From Acidobacteriaceae bacterium (GTDB taxonomy: Bacteria; Acidobacteriota; Terriglobia; Terriglobales; Acidobacteriaceae): a stretch of 42,891 nucleotides of DNA. Location of the stretch: positions 8,120-51,010 of the forward strand of contig PLBD01000467.1 in NCBI GenBank assembly GCA_003135315.1, given 5' to 3'. The translations under genes and the position numbers were made by a program. Numbering within the stretch: position 1 is the first letter of the stretch; each line of letters opens with the position of its first letter. This document shows positions 24,280 through 32,753 of this stretch, one piece after another. The notes beneath the pieces were generated by a model. It saw only the letters and a program-made list of their open reading frames with translations. It was not told where the DNA came from and did no database searches.

Positions 24280-24765
24280 GTGACAGATGATTGCCGTTAT
24301 TATGCTGTTTGGGCGTTCGCTGCCGGCGCCTTGATCCCTCTGATGGCAATTCTGAACGCCGGACTCGCGCGTACAGTAGGAGGTCACGTACAGGCGACCG
24401 TTATACTGTTTGCGACTGGGTTGATTGCGTCGCTGCTGCTGGCGGTGACAATGGCAGTTCGAGTCCCGGATCTTCATGCACTGGTTCGCGTGGCGCCTCA
24501 TCAATATGCGGGTGGTGTCATCGTAGGGTTCTATATCCTAAGCATCACGTTTCTTGCACCGCGATTTGGCGTTGGCAATGCAATTCTGTTCGCCGTGACA
24601 GCGCAGCTGATTACGTCCGCGTTGATCGATCATTTTGCGCTGGCGGGAGCAGCCCTGCGACCGTTGACGACAATGCGATCGGTGGGGCTGTTAATAGTAA
24701 TTACCGGTGTAGTGATTACGCAGATCAGTGATCGGCAGCTCGGCGGCCGCGGAGGCGAGCAGTGA
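24280..24765 (+). CDS. DMT-superfamily small transporter, DUF606/YdcZ-like
   Basis: AGALIPLMAILNAGLAR, WWxGG-like YAGGVIVGFYI and VTAQLITSALIDHFAL are present. The 5' end is problematic; see the findings. Confidence 0.6.
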   Translation: MTDDCRYYAVWAFAAGALIPLMAILNAGLARTVGGHVQATVILFATGLIASLLLAVTMAVRVPDLHALVRVAPHQYAGGVIVGFYILSITFLAPRFGVGNAILFAVTAQLITSALIDHFALAGAALRPLTTMRSVGLLIVITGVVITQISDRQLGGRGGEQ

Positions 24766-24806
24766 CGGTCCGGATCGACCGAGCGGTACGCAATCCTTGG
24801 AGAACG

Positions 24807-24884
24807 AAGAAGCGCAACGGGAGCAAACGCTCTACACATTGGCATATCGAAGGTCGAACATTGGGACAGGGCGAAGAAGCGGCA
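24807..24884 (+). repeat. Repeat R2, partial copy 3 (3' ~80-nt module only)
   Basis: Aligns to 24134-24210 and 17894-17968. The invariant 15-mer is at 24830-24844. Confidence 0.7.
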
Positions 24885-25126
24885 GAAGTGAATCTATACG
24901 AGCATCGTCGGGAGGCCATGACCAAGGGGGCGAAGGTCGATGCTAAGAACGCGAAGTGTTTGGAGCCCGATCAATCGGAAGGATGATGGCCTTAGAATTC
25001 TGGTAACCCGCTTCGTGGCCGCGGCCTGCCGGCATAGCGCTATGACGTCTGGTTGTGAGATACCATACGTCCTTCAGCCGTGTAAGGTGACTGATTCGTC
25101 CCCTCGAATCTCCCAATCAGTTTGCC

Positions 25127-26503
25127 ATGAGCGCCAGATTACTTATCATCGCACTGGATGCCACCGATCTGCGCCTGCTCCAGCGCCACATCGGCGCGGG
25201 GCGGCTTCCGGTGATTGCCGCATTACGAACTTATGGACGCTTCAAGACGTTGTCGGCAAGCGCGTGCGCGACGGACGCCGCGCTGTGGGCATCTTTCCAC
25301 TACGGCACCGAAATCGGCGAACACGGGCGCTACCATGACTATCTGAGACTCCAGGACGGGCGGCACGGACTGGCGGTTCAAAACGAGCAGCAACGCGACG
25401 CAATCTGGGATGAGCTGTCGCATCGTGGCATGCGGGTCGCAGTCTTCGATTTGCCGAAGAGCCGGGCTCCCGCACCAATCAACGGTCTCCACCTCACTGA
25501 TTGGCTAGTTCATGGCCGCACGTTTTCCCGCCCGTTGAGTTACCCGGTCGAGTTGGCGGAAGAGGTGCTTAACCGATTCGGCGAAGCGCCGCACAGTCGT
25601 TGTGATCGAATCTGTGAGGAGCTGACCGATCCTCAAATCTCGCAGGTATGCGCTCATCTGCGGCAGTCGGTTTCCATGAAACGACTTGCCGCCCTGTCTT
25701 ATCTGGCACGTGAGCCATGGGACTGCTTCGCTGTCAGTTTCATGGAGATCCATTGCTGCAGTCACGGTTTCTGGAATCTGATTGACCCAGGTCACCCGGC
25801 CCACGATCCTGCGAGAAGCTCGCGCCTCGGCGATCCCTCAGTCGAGATTTTCCAGGACATTGATCGCGCGCTCGGCGATCTTGTCACTGCCGCGGGCCAG
25901 AATTCCGAAGTGATCGTATTTTCCACGTCGGATTTTCAGGCGAATGGAACAGTAAACCATCTGCTGCCTCAAATCGTCCTGCAGCTGAACAAATTTATTT
26001 GGAACCACGGCGCCGCATCGTTACTGCCCAGATCGAACTGGGGTGTGAAAATGTTGCCGTACAATGAGAACGCCTGCGCGCTGCGTTTATCCTGTATACC
26101 ACGTATATCACGCGCATACGAGGCACCACCAGACGGCAGCCGCGCAACAACGATTAAGGAGCTGGAGGACATCTTGCGAAAAATCTCCGATCCCGCCACA
26201 GGCGAGACAATATTTGAGGCGTTTCACCGACCGTCGAGTGACTATGCGGGAGTAAGATCCCACTGCCTTCCCGATATGTTGCTGGTTCCAAGGGCTGGCG
26301 TGTTTCCGCAAATGGTGGTATCCCCGGAACTTGGTTGTATCAGGGGTGAGGTGCCCAGCTGGAGGCTCGGCAACCATCGCGACGGTGGCTTCGTGATCGC
26401 GCGCGGCGCCGCAGTCGAAGCAATGATTGGTGGAGTCGATTCGCTCGCGCAACTAAGCCGGGGTGTAAGCAACGCGCTGTTGACCCGACCCCTATTGACA
26501 TAA
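25127..26503 (+). CDS. Alkaline-phosphatase-superfamily protein (nucleotide pyrophosphatase/phosphodiesterase-like), divergent
   Basis: The N-terminus LLIIALDATDLRLLQRHIGAGRLPVIAAL...SASACATDAALWASFHYGTEIGEHG follows the type-I phosphodiesterase layout. I could not confirm several catalytic positions. Confidence 0.45.
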   Translation: MSARLLIIALDATDLRLLQRHIGAGRLPVIAALRTYGRFKTLSASACATDAALWASFHYGTEIGEHGRYHDYLRLQDGRHGLAVQNEQQRDAIWDELSHRGMRVAVFDLPKSRAPAPINGLHLTDWLVHGRTFSRPLSYPVELAEEVLNRFGEAPHSRCDRICEELTDPQISQVCAHLRQSVSMKRLAALSYLAREPWDCFAVSFMEIHCCSHGFWNLIDPGHPAHDPARSSRLGDPSVEIFQDIDRALGDLVTAAGQNSEVIVFSTSDFQANGTVNHLLPQIVLQLNKFIWNHGAASLLPRSNWGVKMLPYNENACALRLSCIPRISRAYEAPPDGSRATTIKELEDILRKISDPATGETIFEAFHRPSSDYAGVRSHCLPDMLLVPRAGVFPQMVVSPELGCIRGEVPSWRLGNHRDGGFVIARGAAVEAMIGGVDSLAQLSRGVSNALLTRPLLT

Positions 26504-26517
26504 GTCGGGAGCAATCG

Positions 26518-27318
26518 ATGAGCGTCAGGCTGAACCTTTTTCTCAAGGGTAATCTTGATGTGTGCGATACCCTGTTCGGCCAGCGCCTGACAGGCAGGAT
26601 GGGTTGGAATGGTATCAATGAGGTATTGCGGGCAGTCGACCGCGCTGTCACGGTGCGCGTACGACACGAACCGAGTATCGGCTTCGCGGCGCACGCGGCC
26701 GCAAACGCGGTGGTGCCGCGCGAGCTGTCCGATCGCTCCGCGCTACTTGGACCGTTCACTCCCGCGCTGCAGTTCAGTGATTCGGCGTTCACGTGGCCGC
26801 ACGCGGCCCTGGTGATGTCGGTGCAGGCGGATTTATGCGTTCCGCTGCTTCGTCATCGCACGCTGGACTATCTGATGCATCCGTACGATCTGAGGTGCTG
26901 GCCGGCGGCGGATCTGGACTGGCTCAAGTTGCATTTCGTCCCCGAACCGGCACCGGGCGCCGAACGCAGCATGCAGGATCTTGCCCAGGTGATTGATCGC
27001 TACCGCCGCACGAGCGAAGCGCCGATCCTGGTGTTCAATATGTCCAGCGTGGTGCCGGGTGAGACGATTCATAGCTATCGGGGCGCAGCCGATGCGACGT
27101 CCCAGCGGATCCGACGCTTCAATTGCGCGCTAGTGGACGCTTCTGCCGAATTAGGCTTTTCAATTGTCGACGTTGATAGGATCATTGCGGAACACGGAGC
27201 CCGCCAGCTCAAGTTTGACCCGATTCACTTCAATGCCGAAGGGTGTCGCCTGGTGTGCGAAGACGTGGTCAGGATTCTCGATGATTATGGTGTGCTCGCC
27301 GAAGGGCAGGACTCGTGA
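26518..27318 (+). CDS. SGNH/GDSL-fold-like protein (paralog 1), block I degenerate
   Basis: The C-terminal DPIHFNAEG is a DxxH block-V-like motif. PILVFNMSSVVPGE...RIRRFNCALVDASAELGFSIVDVDRIIAEHG is shared with two paralogs. The N-terminal KGNLDV replaces the usual GDS. Confidence 0.45.
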   Translation: MSVRLNLFLKGNLDVCDTLFGQRLTGRMGWNGINEVLRAVDRAVTVRVRHEPSIGFAAHAAANAVVPRELSDRSALLGPFTPALQFSDSAFTWPHAALVMSVQADLCVPLLRHRTLDYLMHPYDLRCWPAADLDWLKLHFVPEPAPGAERSMQDLAQVIDRYRRTSEAPILVFNMSSVVPGETIHSYRGAADATSQRIRRFNCALVDASAELGFSIVDVDRIIAEHGARQLKFDPIHFNAEGCRLVCEDVVRILDDYGVLAEGQDS

Positions 27319-28337
27319 AGGTCAGCGTCGTCATTCGCACTCATGACGAGGCGCCGCGTCTGCGTCTGACGCTGGCATCTCTCAAACGGCAGGACCACCT
27401 GTCGGAAGTGGTCGTCGTCGACGACGGTTCCACCGACACCACCGCGGATGTAATCGATGAGGCCTCGTCGTTTCTTCCAATTGTTCGGCTGCGTCACGGC
27501 ACAGCGAAGGGGCGCTCGGCGGCGTCCAACGCCGGCGCCCACGCTGCGTGCGGCGACATCCTCATCATGCTTGACGGCGACATGCCGGTGGCTCCGGGAT
27601 TTGTCGCCGCGCACGCGACTGCGCACGAGCGCGGCGGCGTCATCGGTCGCGGAGCGTGTTTCAATTTACGCTGCACCCGATTCGTATACGACCCCGAACG
27701 GGTGATAGCGTTTCCTCATTGCGAGGAGCGGCTGCTAGGCGTGAGCAATGCGGAACGGGAACGCATGAGGGTGACACGCGCGGATATCGAGGATAACTTC
27801 GCCTCGATTGAGAGGCGCGCGCAACCCGGCATCTATCCCGGGTTCGGTCCTTGCCGGCTGGCCGAGATTGAAATGCATGCCCTGCGGGAGCACCCGGAGT
27901 GTGACGTGCTATGGGCAGCGGCCACCGGCAGCAATCAGTCTGTGCGCCGTGATTTGTTTCTCGCGGCCGGCGGATTTCACGAGCAGATGACCATCAACGA
28001 ACATAGGGAGCTTGCGCTGCGCCTGACGAGGCTCGGAGGCGTTATGCGTCCTGTCGAACAGGCTCGCTGTTACCATTTGACGCACCGGTCCGGATGGCGC
28101 AGTCCGTTTGAGGATACGCAGTGGGAAACACTGTTCTGGGAACGGCACCCGCTTCCGGAGGTCGCGCTGATGCCAGTGCTGTGGGCCAGCCTGTCCGATC
28201 ATCCTTCGATACCCTCCGAGCACAAGATCCTGTCTCTACCGGCGCTGGCCGCCGCCGCCCATCGCACGCGCCATGTCACCGCCCGATCTGCCGCTGAATT
28301 CCGTGCGTCCTTAGGGCTGCGGGAATCATTCGCATGA
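27315..28337 (+). CDS. Glycosyltransferase family 2
   Basis: VSVVIRTHDEAPRLRLTLASLKRQ, VVVVDDGSTDTT and ILIMLDGDM (DxD) are present. GTG 27315 overlaps the upstream stop (GTGA). Confidence 0.8.
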   Translation: MKVSVVIRTHDEAPRLRLTLASLKRQDHLSEVVVVDDGSTDTTADVIDEASSFLPIVRLRHGTAKGRSAASNAGAHAACGDILIMLDGDMPVAPGFVAAHATAHERGGVIGRGACFNLRCTRFVYDPERVIAFPHCEERLLGVSNAERERMRVTRADIEDNFASIERRAQPGIYPGFGPCRLAEIEMHALREHPECDVLWAAATGSNQSVRRDLFLAAGGFHEQMTINEHRELALRLTRLGGVMRPVEQARCYHLTHRSGWRSPFEDTQWETLFWERHPLPEVALMPVLWASLSDHPSIPSEHKILSLPALAAAAHRTRHVTARSAAEFRASLGLRESFA

Positions 28338-29173
28338 CCGCCAGTGTCGGGAGCGCACGTCTTGCTGTGCGCTGCGCGCCCACAGAGCGTGCGCTGTGGC
28401 AGGCAGTGACCTCACGCCTGAATGAGGGATTGGGCGGCGCCCGTTCGTTTCAATCCGTGTGGCGGGATGATCTTTGCCCGGCCGCGGATGACGGCTGCGA
28501 TGTTCTGTGTTTGTCGATGTTGCCCGATCTATCTCGACCCCGCAGCGACTGGCCGGCCATCGAGGCACAGTGGCGCCTGGATGCCGCGGCGCTGCGTGAC
28601 CGTGAGCTGGAACGCGGCGCCACGGTGTTCATCGTCACTCTATTTCGCTACACCACGGGCGAAGACGATGCGCTGCTGCCCATGCTGCGCAGGCTCAACC
28701 TGCTGGCCGCGCGCCTGTCGCAGGAGTTCGGGCTGTTCGTGATCGATATCGATCGGATATTTGCCCACGCGGGAGGCATGGAGCTGCGTGCCGATGTGCG
28801 GCTTGCCTCCGCTGAAGCACGGCGCTCGGCGGCTGACCTGATCGTGGGCAGCCTGCTGAGCGTTGGCATCGATCATGTTGCTGAGCCAGCGGCGATCCAG
28901 GCTGCGCGCAGCTGGCATGAATCGCACTGCGTGGTCGGATCAGCGGGCCATTCCACCGCAGCCAGTTCGGGACAAATGAAGCGCAGCTATGTGAGAGGTC
29001 GCACCCAGACATCTTTGACCCAGTCGCACGACGTTTACGGAGGCATACGCAGCGTACTGCGGGATCTTTGCGCTGCGCGACTCGGTCTCAGGTGGCGGAT
29101 GCCGTTGCTGTTCGCGCTGTGGCGGATGGCCTCCGGCCGAGTGATCGGTGGGATCGGCAGGCAACGCATATGA
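28334..29173 (+). CDS. SGNH-fold-like protein (paralog 2), catalytic motifs apparently lost
   Basis: TVFIVTLFRYTTGEDD...LRRLNLLAARLSQEFGLFVIDIDRIFAHAG aligns by eye to paralog 1. No DxxH motif is present. There are ATGA overlaps at both ends. Confidence 0.4.
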   Translation: MTASVGSARLAVRCAPTERALWQAVTSRLNEGLGGARSFQSVWRDDLCPAADDGCDVLCLSMLPDLSRPRSDWPAIEAQWRLDAAALRDRELERGATVFIVTLFRYTTGEDDALLPMLRRLNLLAARLSQEFGLFVIDIDRIFAHAGGMELRADVRLASAEARRSAADLIVGSLLSVGIDHVAEPAAIQAARSWHESHCVVGSAGHSTAASSGQMKRSYVRGRTQTSLTQSHDVYGGIRSVLRDLCAARLGLRWRMPLLFALWRMASGRVIGGIGRQRI

Positions 29174-30105
29174 CCGCGAGCAGCGACATCGATGCGCTGG
29201 CAGCGATGATACTCGCTCGCGAACTGGAGTCGGCGCTGTCGAAGCGGGCGGATTGCGGGTTTCAATTGCTCTCCAGCGGCCAGGAGGCCGTGGCGGTGGG
29301 GGTGGCCGCTGCGCTGCTGGCGCACGATCAGTTGTTGTGCAGCGGCCGCTCGATTGCGCCCGCACTGGCGCGAGGTCTGGACCCCGGGAGGGTCATGGCC
29401 GAGTTAATCGGGCGGGCATCGGGTCCTTGTTTAGGGCGTGGCGGACGCGGTCATTTGTCGCAACCCTCCGCGGGTTTCTTCGGTGCACATGCCGTCGTCG
29501 CCGGGAACCTCAGCATTGCCGCCGGGGTCGCCTTGGCACTGCAGGCTCGGCGCGATCGAAGCATTGCCGTTTGCATGTTCGGTGACGGGGCTTGCGGTGC
29601 AGGCGCGCTGCACGAAACCATGAATATTGCAGCGCTGTGGCAACTGCCACTGCTGCTGGTGTGTGACAATAATCTGTACTCCGTCTCCACACCACGGGCA
29701 GCGGCCCTGGCCCCGCAGCGATTGTCGGATCTTGCGGCTCCCTTCGGTATCGAGGCCTGCACGGTCGATGGCATGGATGTGCGCGTGGTACGCGAAGCCG
29801 CGGTCGAATTGACCGACTATGTTCGTAACGGTGGTGGCCCTGCGTTCCTGGAATGTATATCGCGCCGGTACGCTTCGCATTCGACTTCGGCGCGAGAGAC
29901 GCGGGGACAGCAGGAACTGGCGGCGGATCGAGAACTGGATCCAATCACTCGGCTCGAGAATGCCTTGCTGTCGGAGGGCGCGTTGAGCGCGCAAACCGCG
30001 CAGGCGCTGCGCGAGCAGGTACGGGCCAAGGTAGCGGCTGCCTGTGCCTTTGCCGATCTGTCCCCGTTACCTGTGCCAGAGGAAGCATTCGCTGATGTCG
30101 TCTGA
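29170..30105 (+). CDS. Thiamine-diphosphate-dependent 2-oxoacid dehydrogenase E1 component, alpha subunit (AcoA/PdhA-like)
   Basis: SSGQEAVAVGV and the TPP motif MFGDGACGAGALHETMNIAALWQLPLLLVCDNNLYSVST are present. ATG 29170 overlaps the upstream stop (ATGA). Confidence 0.85.
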   Translation: MTASSDIDALAAMILARELESALSKRADCGFQLLSSGQEAVAVGVAAALLAHDQLLCSGRSIAPALARGLDPGRVMAELIGRASGPCLGRGGRGHLSQPSAGFFGAHAVVAGNLSIAAGVALALQARRDRSIAVCMFGDGACGAGALHETMNIAALWQLPLLLVCDNNLYSVSTPRAAALAPQRLSDLAAPFGIEACTVDGMDVRVVREAAVELTDYVRNGGGPAFLECISRRYASHSTSARETRGQQELAADRELDPITRLENALLSEGALSAQTAQALREQVRAKVAAACAFADLSPLPVPEEAFADVV

Positions 30106-31084
30106 GCCCGTGCGCACACGCAGGGTGTTCTTTCGCGAAGCGATCTGTCGAGCCGTTGGCGAGACGCTCGACGCCGAACCCAACGCCATTGTCATGGGCC
30201 AGGATGTGGGAGCGTTCGGGGGATCCTATAAGGAGTTTTACGGGCTGTTCGAACGCTTTGGTCCCGCGCGGGTGCGCGATACGCCGGTCGCCGAGGCGGC
30301 TATGGTGGGACTGGGTGTTGGCGCGGCCGCCGCGGGCCTGCGCACTCTGGTGAGCATTACCTACATGGACTTCGTGCTGCTCGCCCTGGATCCGCTGGTC
30401 AATTACGCTGCCAAGGCGCGATTCAAGACAGGCGGGCAGATTCGGGTTCCCATGGTGGTCAAATTGACGGCGGGCGCCAAGGGGCAGGGCGTTGCCCACT
30501 CTCAATCGCTGGAGTCGTGGCTCATGTCGGTGCCAGGGCTTCGTGTGGTCGCACCGTCCAACGTCGCGGACGCTTACGGCTTGATGCGATCCGCGCTTCA
30601 GGCCGATGGACCCGTGGTCTATGTCGATCACAAGCGACTCTTCCCGACGTCGGGCCCGCTGAATGCTTCGGCGCATGAGGTGCCCTTCGGCCTGGCGGCT
30701 GTCTCCCGTCCGGGCAGGCATGCGACCATTGTGACTCACTCCTATATGGTCTGCGTGGCGCTGGCTGCCTGCGATGAGCTTGCGGTCAGTGGCATCGACT
30801 GCGAGGTGATCGACCTGCGCAGCCTCGCACCATTGGACCTGGCAACCGTCTGCACATCGGTGTCAAAAACCGGTGCGCTTCTCACGCTTGAGGAGGGGCA
30901 GGTGGTGTGCGGGATCGGTGCCGAGATCGCCTATCAGGCGCAGGCGAGGCTGGGACCCGTCAGAGTATCGCGACTGGGAGCAATGCCAGCGCCTGTTTCG
31001 TCGAATCCAGTGCTGGAGGCCGCCAGTCTGCCGGATGCCGGGCGCGTCGCCGATGCGGTTCGTCGTCTACTCATGGAAGGATAA
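30095..31084 (+). CDS. 2-oxoacid dehydrogenase E1 component, beta subunit
   Basis: IVMGQDVGAFGGSYKEFYGLFERFGPARVRDTPVAEAAMVG, HSQSLESWLMSVPGLRVVAPS and IDLRSLAPLD are present. ATG 30095 overlaps the alpha-subunit gene by 11 nt. Confidence 0.85.
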   Translation: MSSEPVRTRRVFFREAICRAVGETLDAEPNAIVMGQDVGAFGGSYKEFYGLFERFGPARVRDTPVAEAAMVGLGVGAAAAGLRTLVSITYMDFVLLALDPLVNYAAKARFKTGGQIRVPMVVKLTAGAKGQGVAHSQSLESWLMSVPGLRVVAPSNVADAYGLMRSALQADGPVVYVDHKRLFPTSGPLNASAHEVPFGLAAVSRPGRHATIVTHSYMVCVALAACDELAVSGIDCEVIDLRSLAPLDLATVCTSVSKTGALLTLEEGQVVCGIGAEIAYQAQARLGPVRVSRLGAMPAPVSSNPVLEAASLPDAGRVADAVRRLLMEG

Positions 31085-31086
31085 CG

Positions 31087-31392
31087 ATGCTTTATAAACT
31101 GCTCTTGCCGGGCCCAATTGTTGATCTGTCAGAAGTGCGCGTGCTGGAGTGGCATGGATCGCCAGGAACACAATTCAATCCCGGCGATCTCGTGCTTGAA
31201 CTCGATACGCACAAGGCCGTCGTGGAAATGCGCGCGAGCTCGAAAACAGTATTGCGCAAGATTCTGATAGAACCCGGGGAGTGGCAGCGAGTCGGCGAAC
31301 CTCTGGCCATTGTCAGCGACAGCGCTGATGAGCCACTGCCCGAGCGCGCCGAGGATCTCGCTCAGGCGAGCGTCATCTATGAAATGGTTTGA
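31087..31392 (+). CDS. Free-standing lipoyl/biotinyl-attachment-domain protein (101 aa)
   Basis: VRVLEWHGSPGTQFNPGDLVLELDTHKAVVEMRASSKTVLRKILIEPGEWQRVGEPLAIV has the E2 lipoyl-domain layout, with a Lys at the hairpin tip (DTHKA). ATG 31087 is 2 nt after the E1-beta stop. No E2 catalytic domain follows. Confidence 0.75.
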   Translation: MLYKLLLPGPIVDLSEVRVLEWHGSPGTQFNPGDLVLELDTHKAVVEMRASSKTVLRKILIEPGEWQRVGEPLAIVSDSADEPLPERAEDLAQASVIYEMV

Positions 31393-32753
31393 GCGCGCGG
31401 GAGGGCGAAAAATTCACGCTGTTCGAGGATATGAAGGATTTCCCCGCGTACTTCGTCCTGCATAGGGCCACTTTGATGCACGCCGTCTGGCAAGTGTGCC
31501 GCGGCACCCAGACCGGCCGCGATCGAATCCACATCGACGATCGCGATATCTGTCTCCTCAGCGAGATCATGCAGCATGAGATTGAGCTCTTTCGCTCGCA
31601 CGCTGGGGAGTTCGTCGCCGAGCGCCTGGGAGAACGGAGCGTAAGTGAAGATGCTCTCGCCTCCGGAGGTAGACAACGCGTTCATGATCAGGACATGTCT
31701 GACGCCCCGCTCGGCCAGTAGTTTGCGCAACTCTCTAAGATCAGTCTGAATGTCGTCTATCGTGCGCGACAGGGGCTCAAAATTGACGTTGAGCCAGTTG
31801 CGGATCGCCTGCCCGGTTGTATCCACTCGGAAGCGGTGCCAGTAGGCTCGGTAGCCCAATTTTCTGTGGCGAAGAACGACCTTCGGCTCCGCATTCACTG
31901 AAAGCACCACCGCATCGACCGCGACGGGGGGCGATAGGCCCTGCCTGGTGAGCAAATCGTACCGCTCGCTCAGCGGGCAGCGCGTCAGCGCGCTCAGTGC
32001 ACTGCCGGCGTAATGCCAGTCGGCCGGACCAGGTGTGACGGGACCACTGAGAACGGCCTGTGTCATGTCAGCAGCTAGCAGCGCGTTCGTCGCAGCCGTG
32101 CGTCGCATGCGGTCCGCCAGGACCGCTGCCGCCGGAACCAGATTCTCATCACCCACATGGATAACATGCAATGAGCCCGGACTTGCGGCCAGAAGTTCAG
32201 AGAAATCGTGTTGCTCGCCAAGAAAGATGCCGTTCTGTTCGCAAGTGCCAAGGCTGACCAAGGTTCCATGGCCTGAACGTTCGCCGTGCCATGCTCGCCT
32301 GATCCTGCGCCAGCCGGTGAGTCGCCCGGATCGGTCTTCCGCCAGTTCAGTCATCCGCTCTCCGGCCGAGAAGATCAACTGCCACCGCGACTGATTGCCA
32401 GCGCCGGAGGTGATATCCAGCGACCCCGGGATGAAACGCTCGCTCCAATGCTGATATCGATCAAGTTGATCGAGCCAACCTCCGCGTGATGCGTCGGGTA
32501 ACTGGTGCAGAGTGCCTGGCATCGGCGCCGCGAGTGTGACCTGAAGATCTGTTTGTTCGCGAGGAAACGGAGCCGTTGAGCGGATCTTGCCGTCCGACGA
32601 TCGAAGCCCGATGTTGCAAAAGGCGATCGGCTCACCTGCGCGGCACACATGTCTGTCCGACACCAACCAACGCAGCCCCGAGCGATAGATCACAAAGTTA
32701 TCGCACGTCAATGGTCCCAACGTAAGATCGAGCATTGTCACCAGGGCTGCCAT
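31377..32753 (-). CDS. 458-aa protein: N-terminal lipoyl-like barrel half + unknown middle + C-terminal SGNH-like domain (paralog 3)
   Basis: The N-terminus is FVIYRSGLRWLVSDRHVCRAGEPIAFCNIGL. The C-terminus VRHVLIMNALSTSGGESIF...VRAKELNLMLHDLAEETDIAIVDVDSIAAGLG...LPDGVHQSG aligns by eye with paralogs 1 and 2. ATG 32753 overlaps the upstream gene by 16 nt. Confidence 0.5.
   Translation of the reverse strand: MAALVTMLDLTLGPLTCDNFVIYRSGLRWLVSDRHVCRAGEPIAFCNIGLRSSDGKIRSTAPFPREQTDLQVTLAAPMPGTLHQLPDASRGGWLDQLDRYQHWSERFIPGSLDITSGAGNQSRWQLIFSAGERMTELAEDRSGRLTGWRRIRRAWHGERSGHGTLVSLGTCEQNGIFLGEQHDFSELLAASPGSLHVIHVGDENLVPAAAVLADRMRRTAATNALLAADMTQAVLSGPVTPGPADWHYAGSALSALTRCPLSERYDLLTRQGLSPPVAVDAVVLSVNAEPKVVLRHRKLGYRAYWHRFRVDTTGQAIRNWLNVNFEPLSRTIDDIQTDLRELRKLLAERGVRHVLIMNALSTSGGESIFTYAPFSQALGDELPSVRAKELNLMLHDLAEETDIAIVDVDSIAAGLGAAAHLPDGVHQSGPMQDEVRGEILHILEQREFFALPRAQTIS

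Noticed and set aside
24762-25338. Track ORFs 24762..24986 (74 aa) and 24940..25338 (132 aa) in the spacer before the 25127 operon
   Set aside because: They have no motifs and overlap repeat R2 copy 3 and the start of the AP-like gene. I treated them as non-coding.
29945-30739. 264-aa minus-strand ORF opposite E1 beta
   Set aside because: It is an antisense shadow, and the E1 beta motifs on the plus strand are unambiguous.
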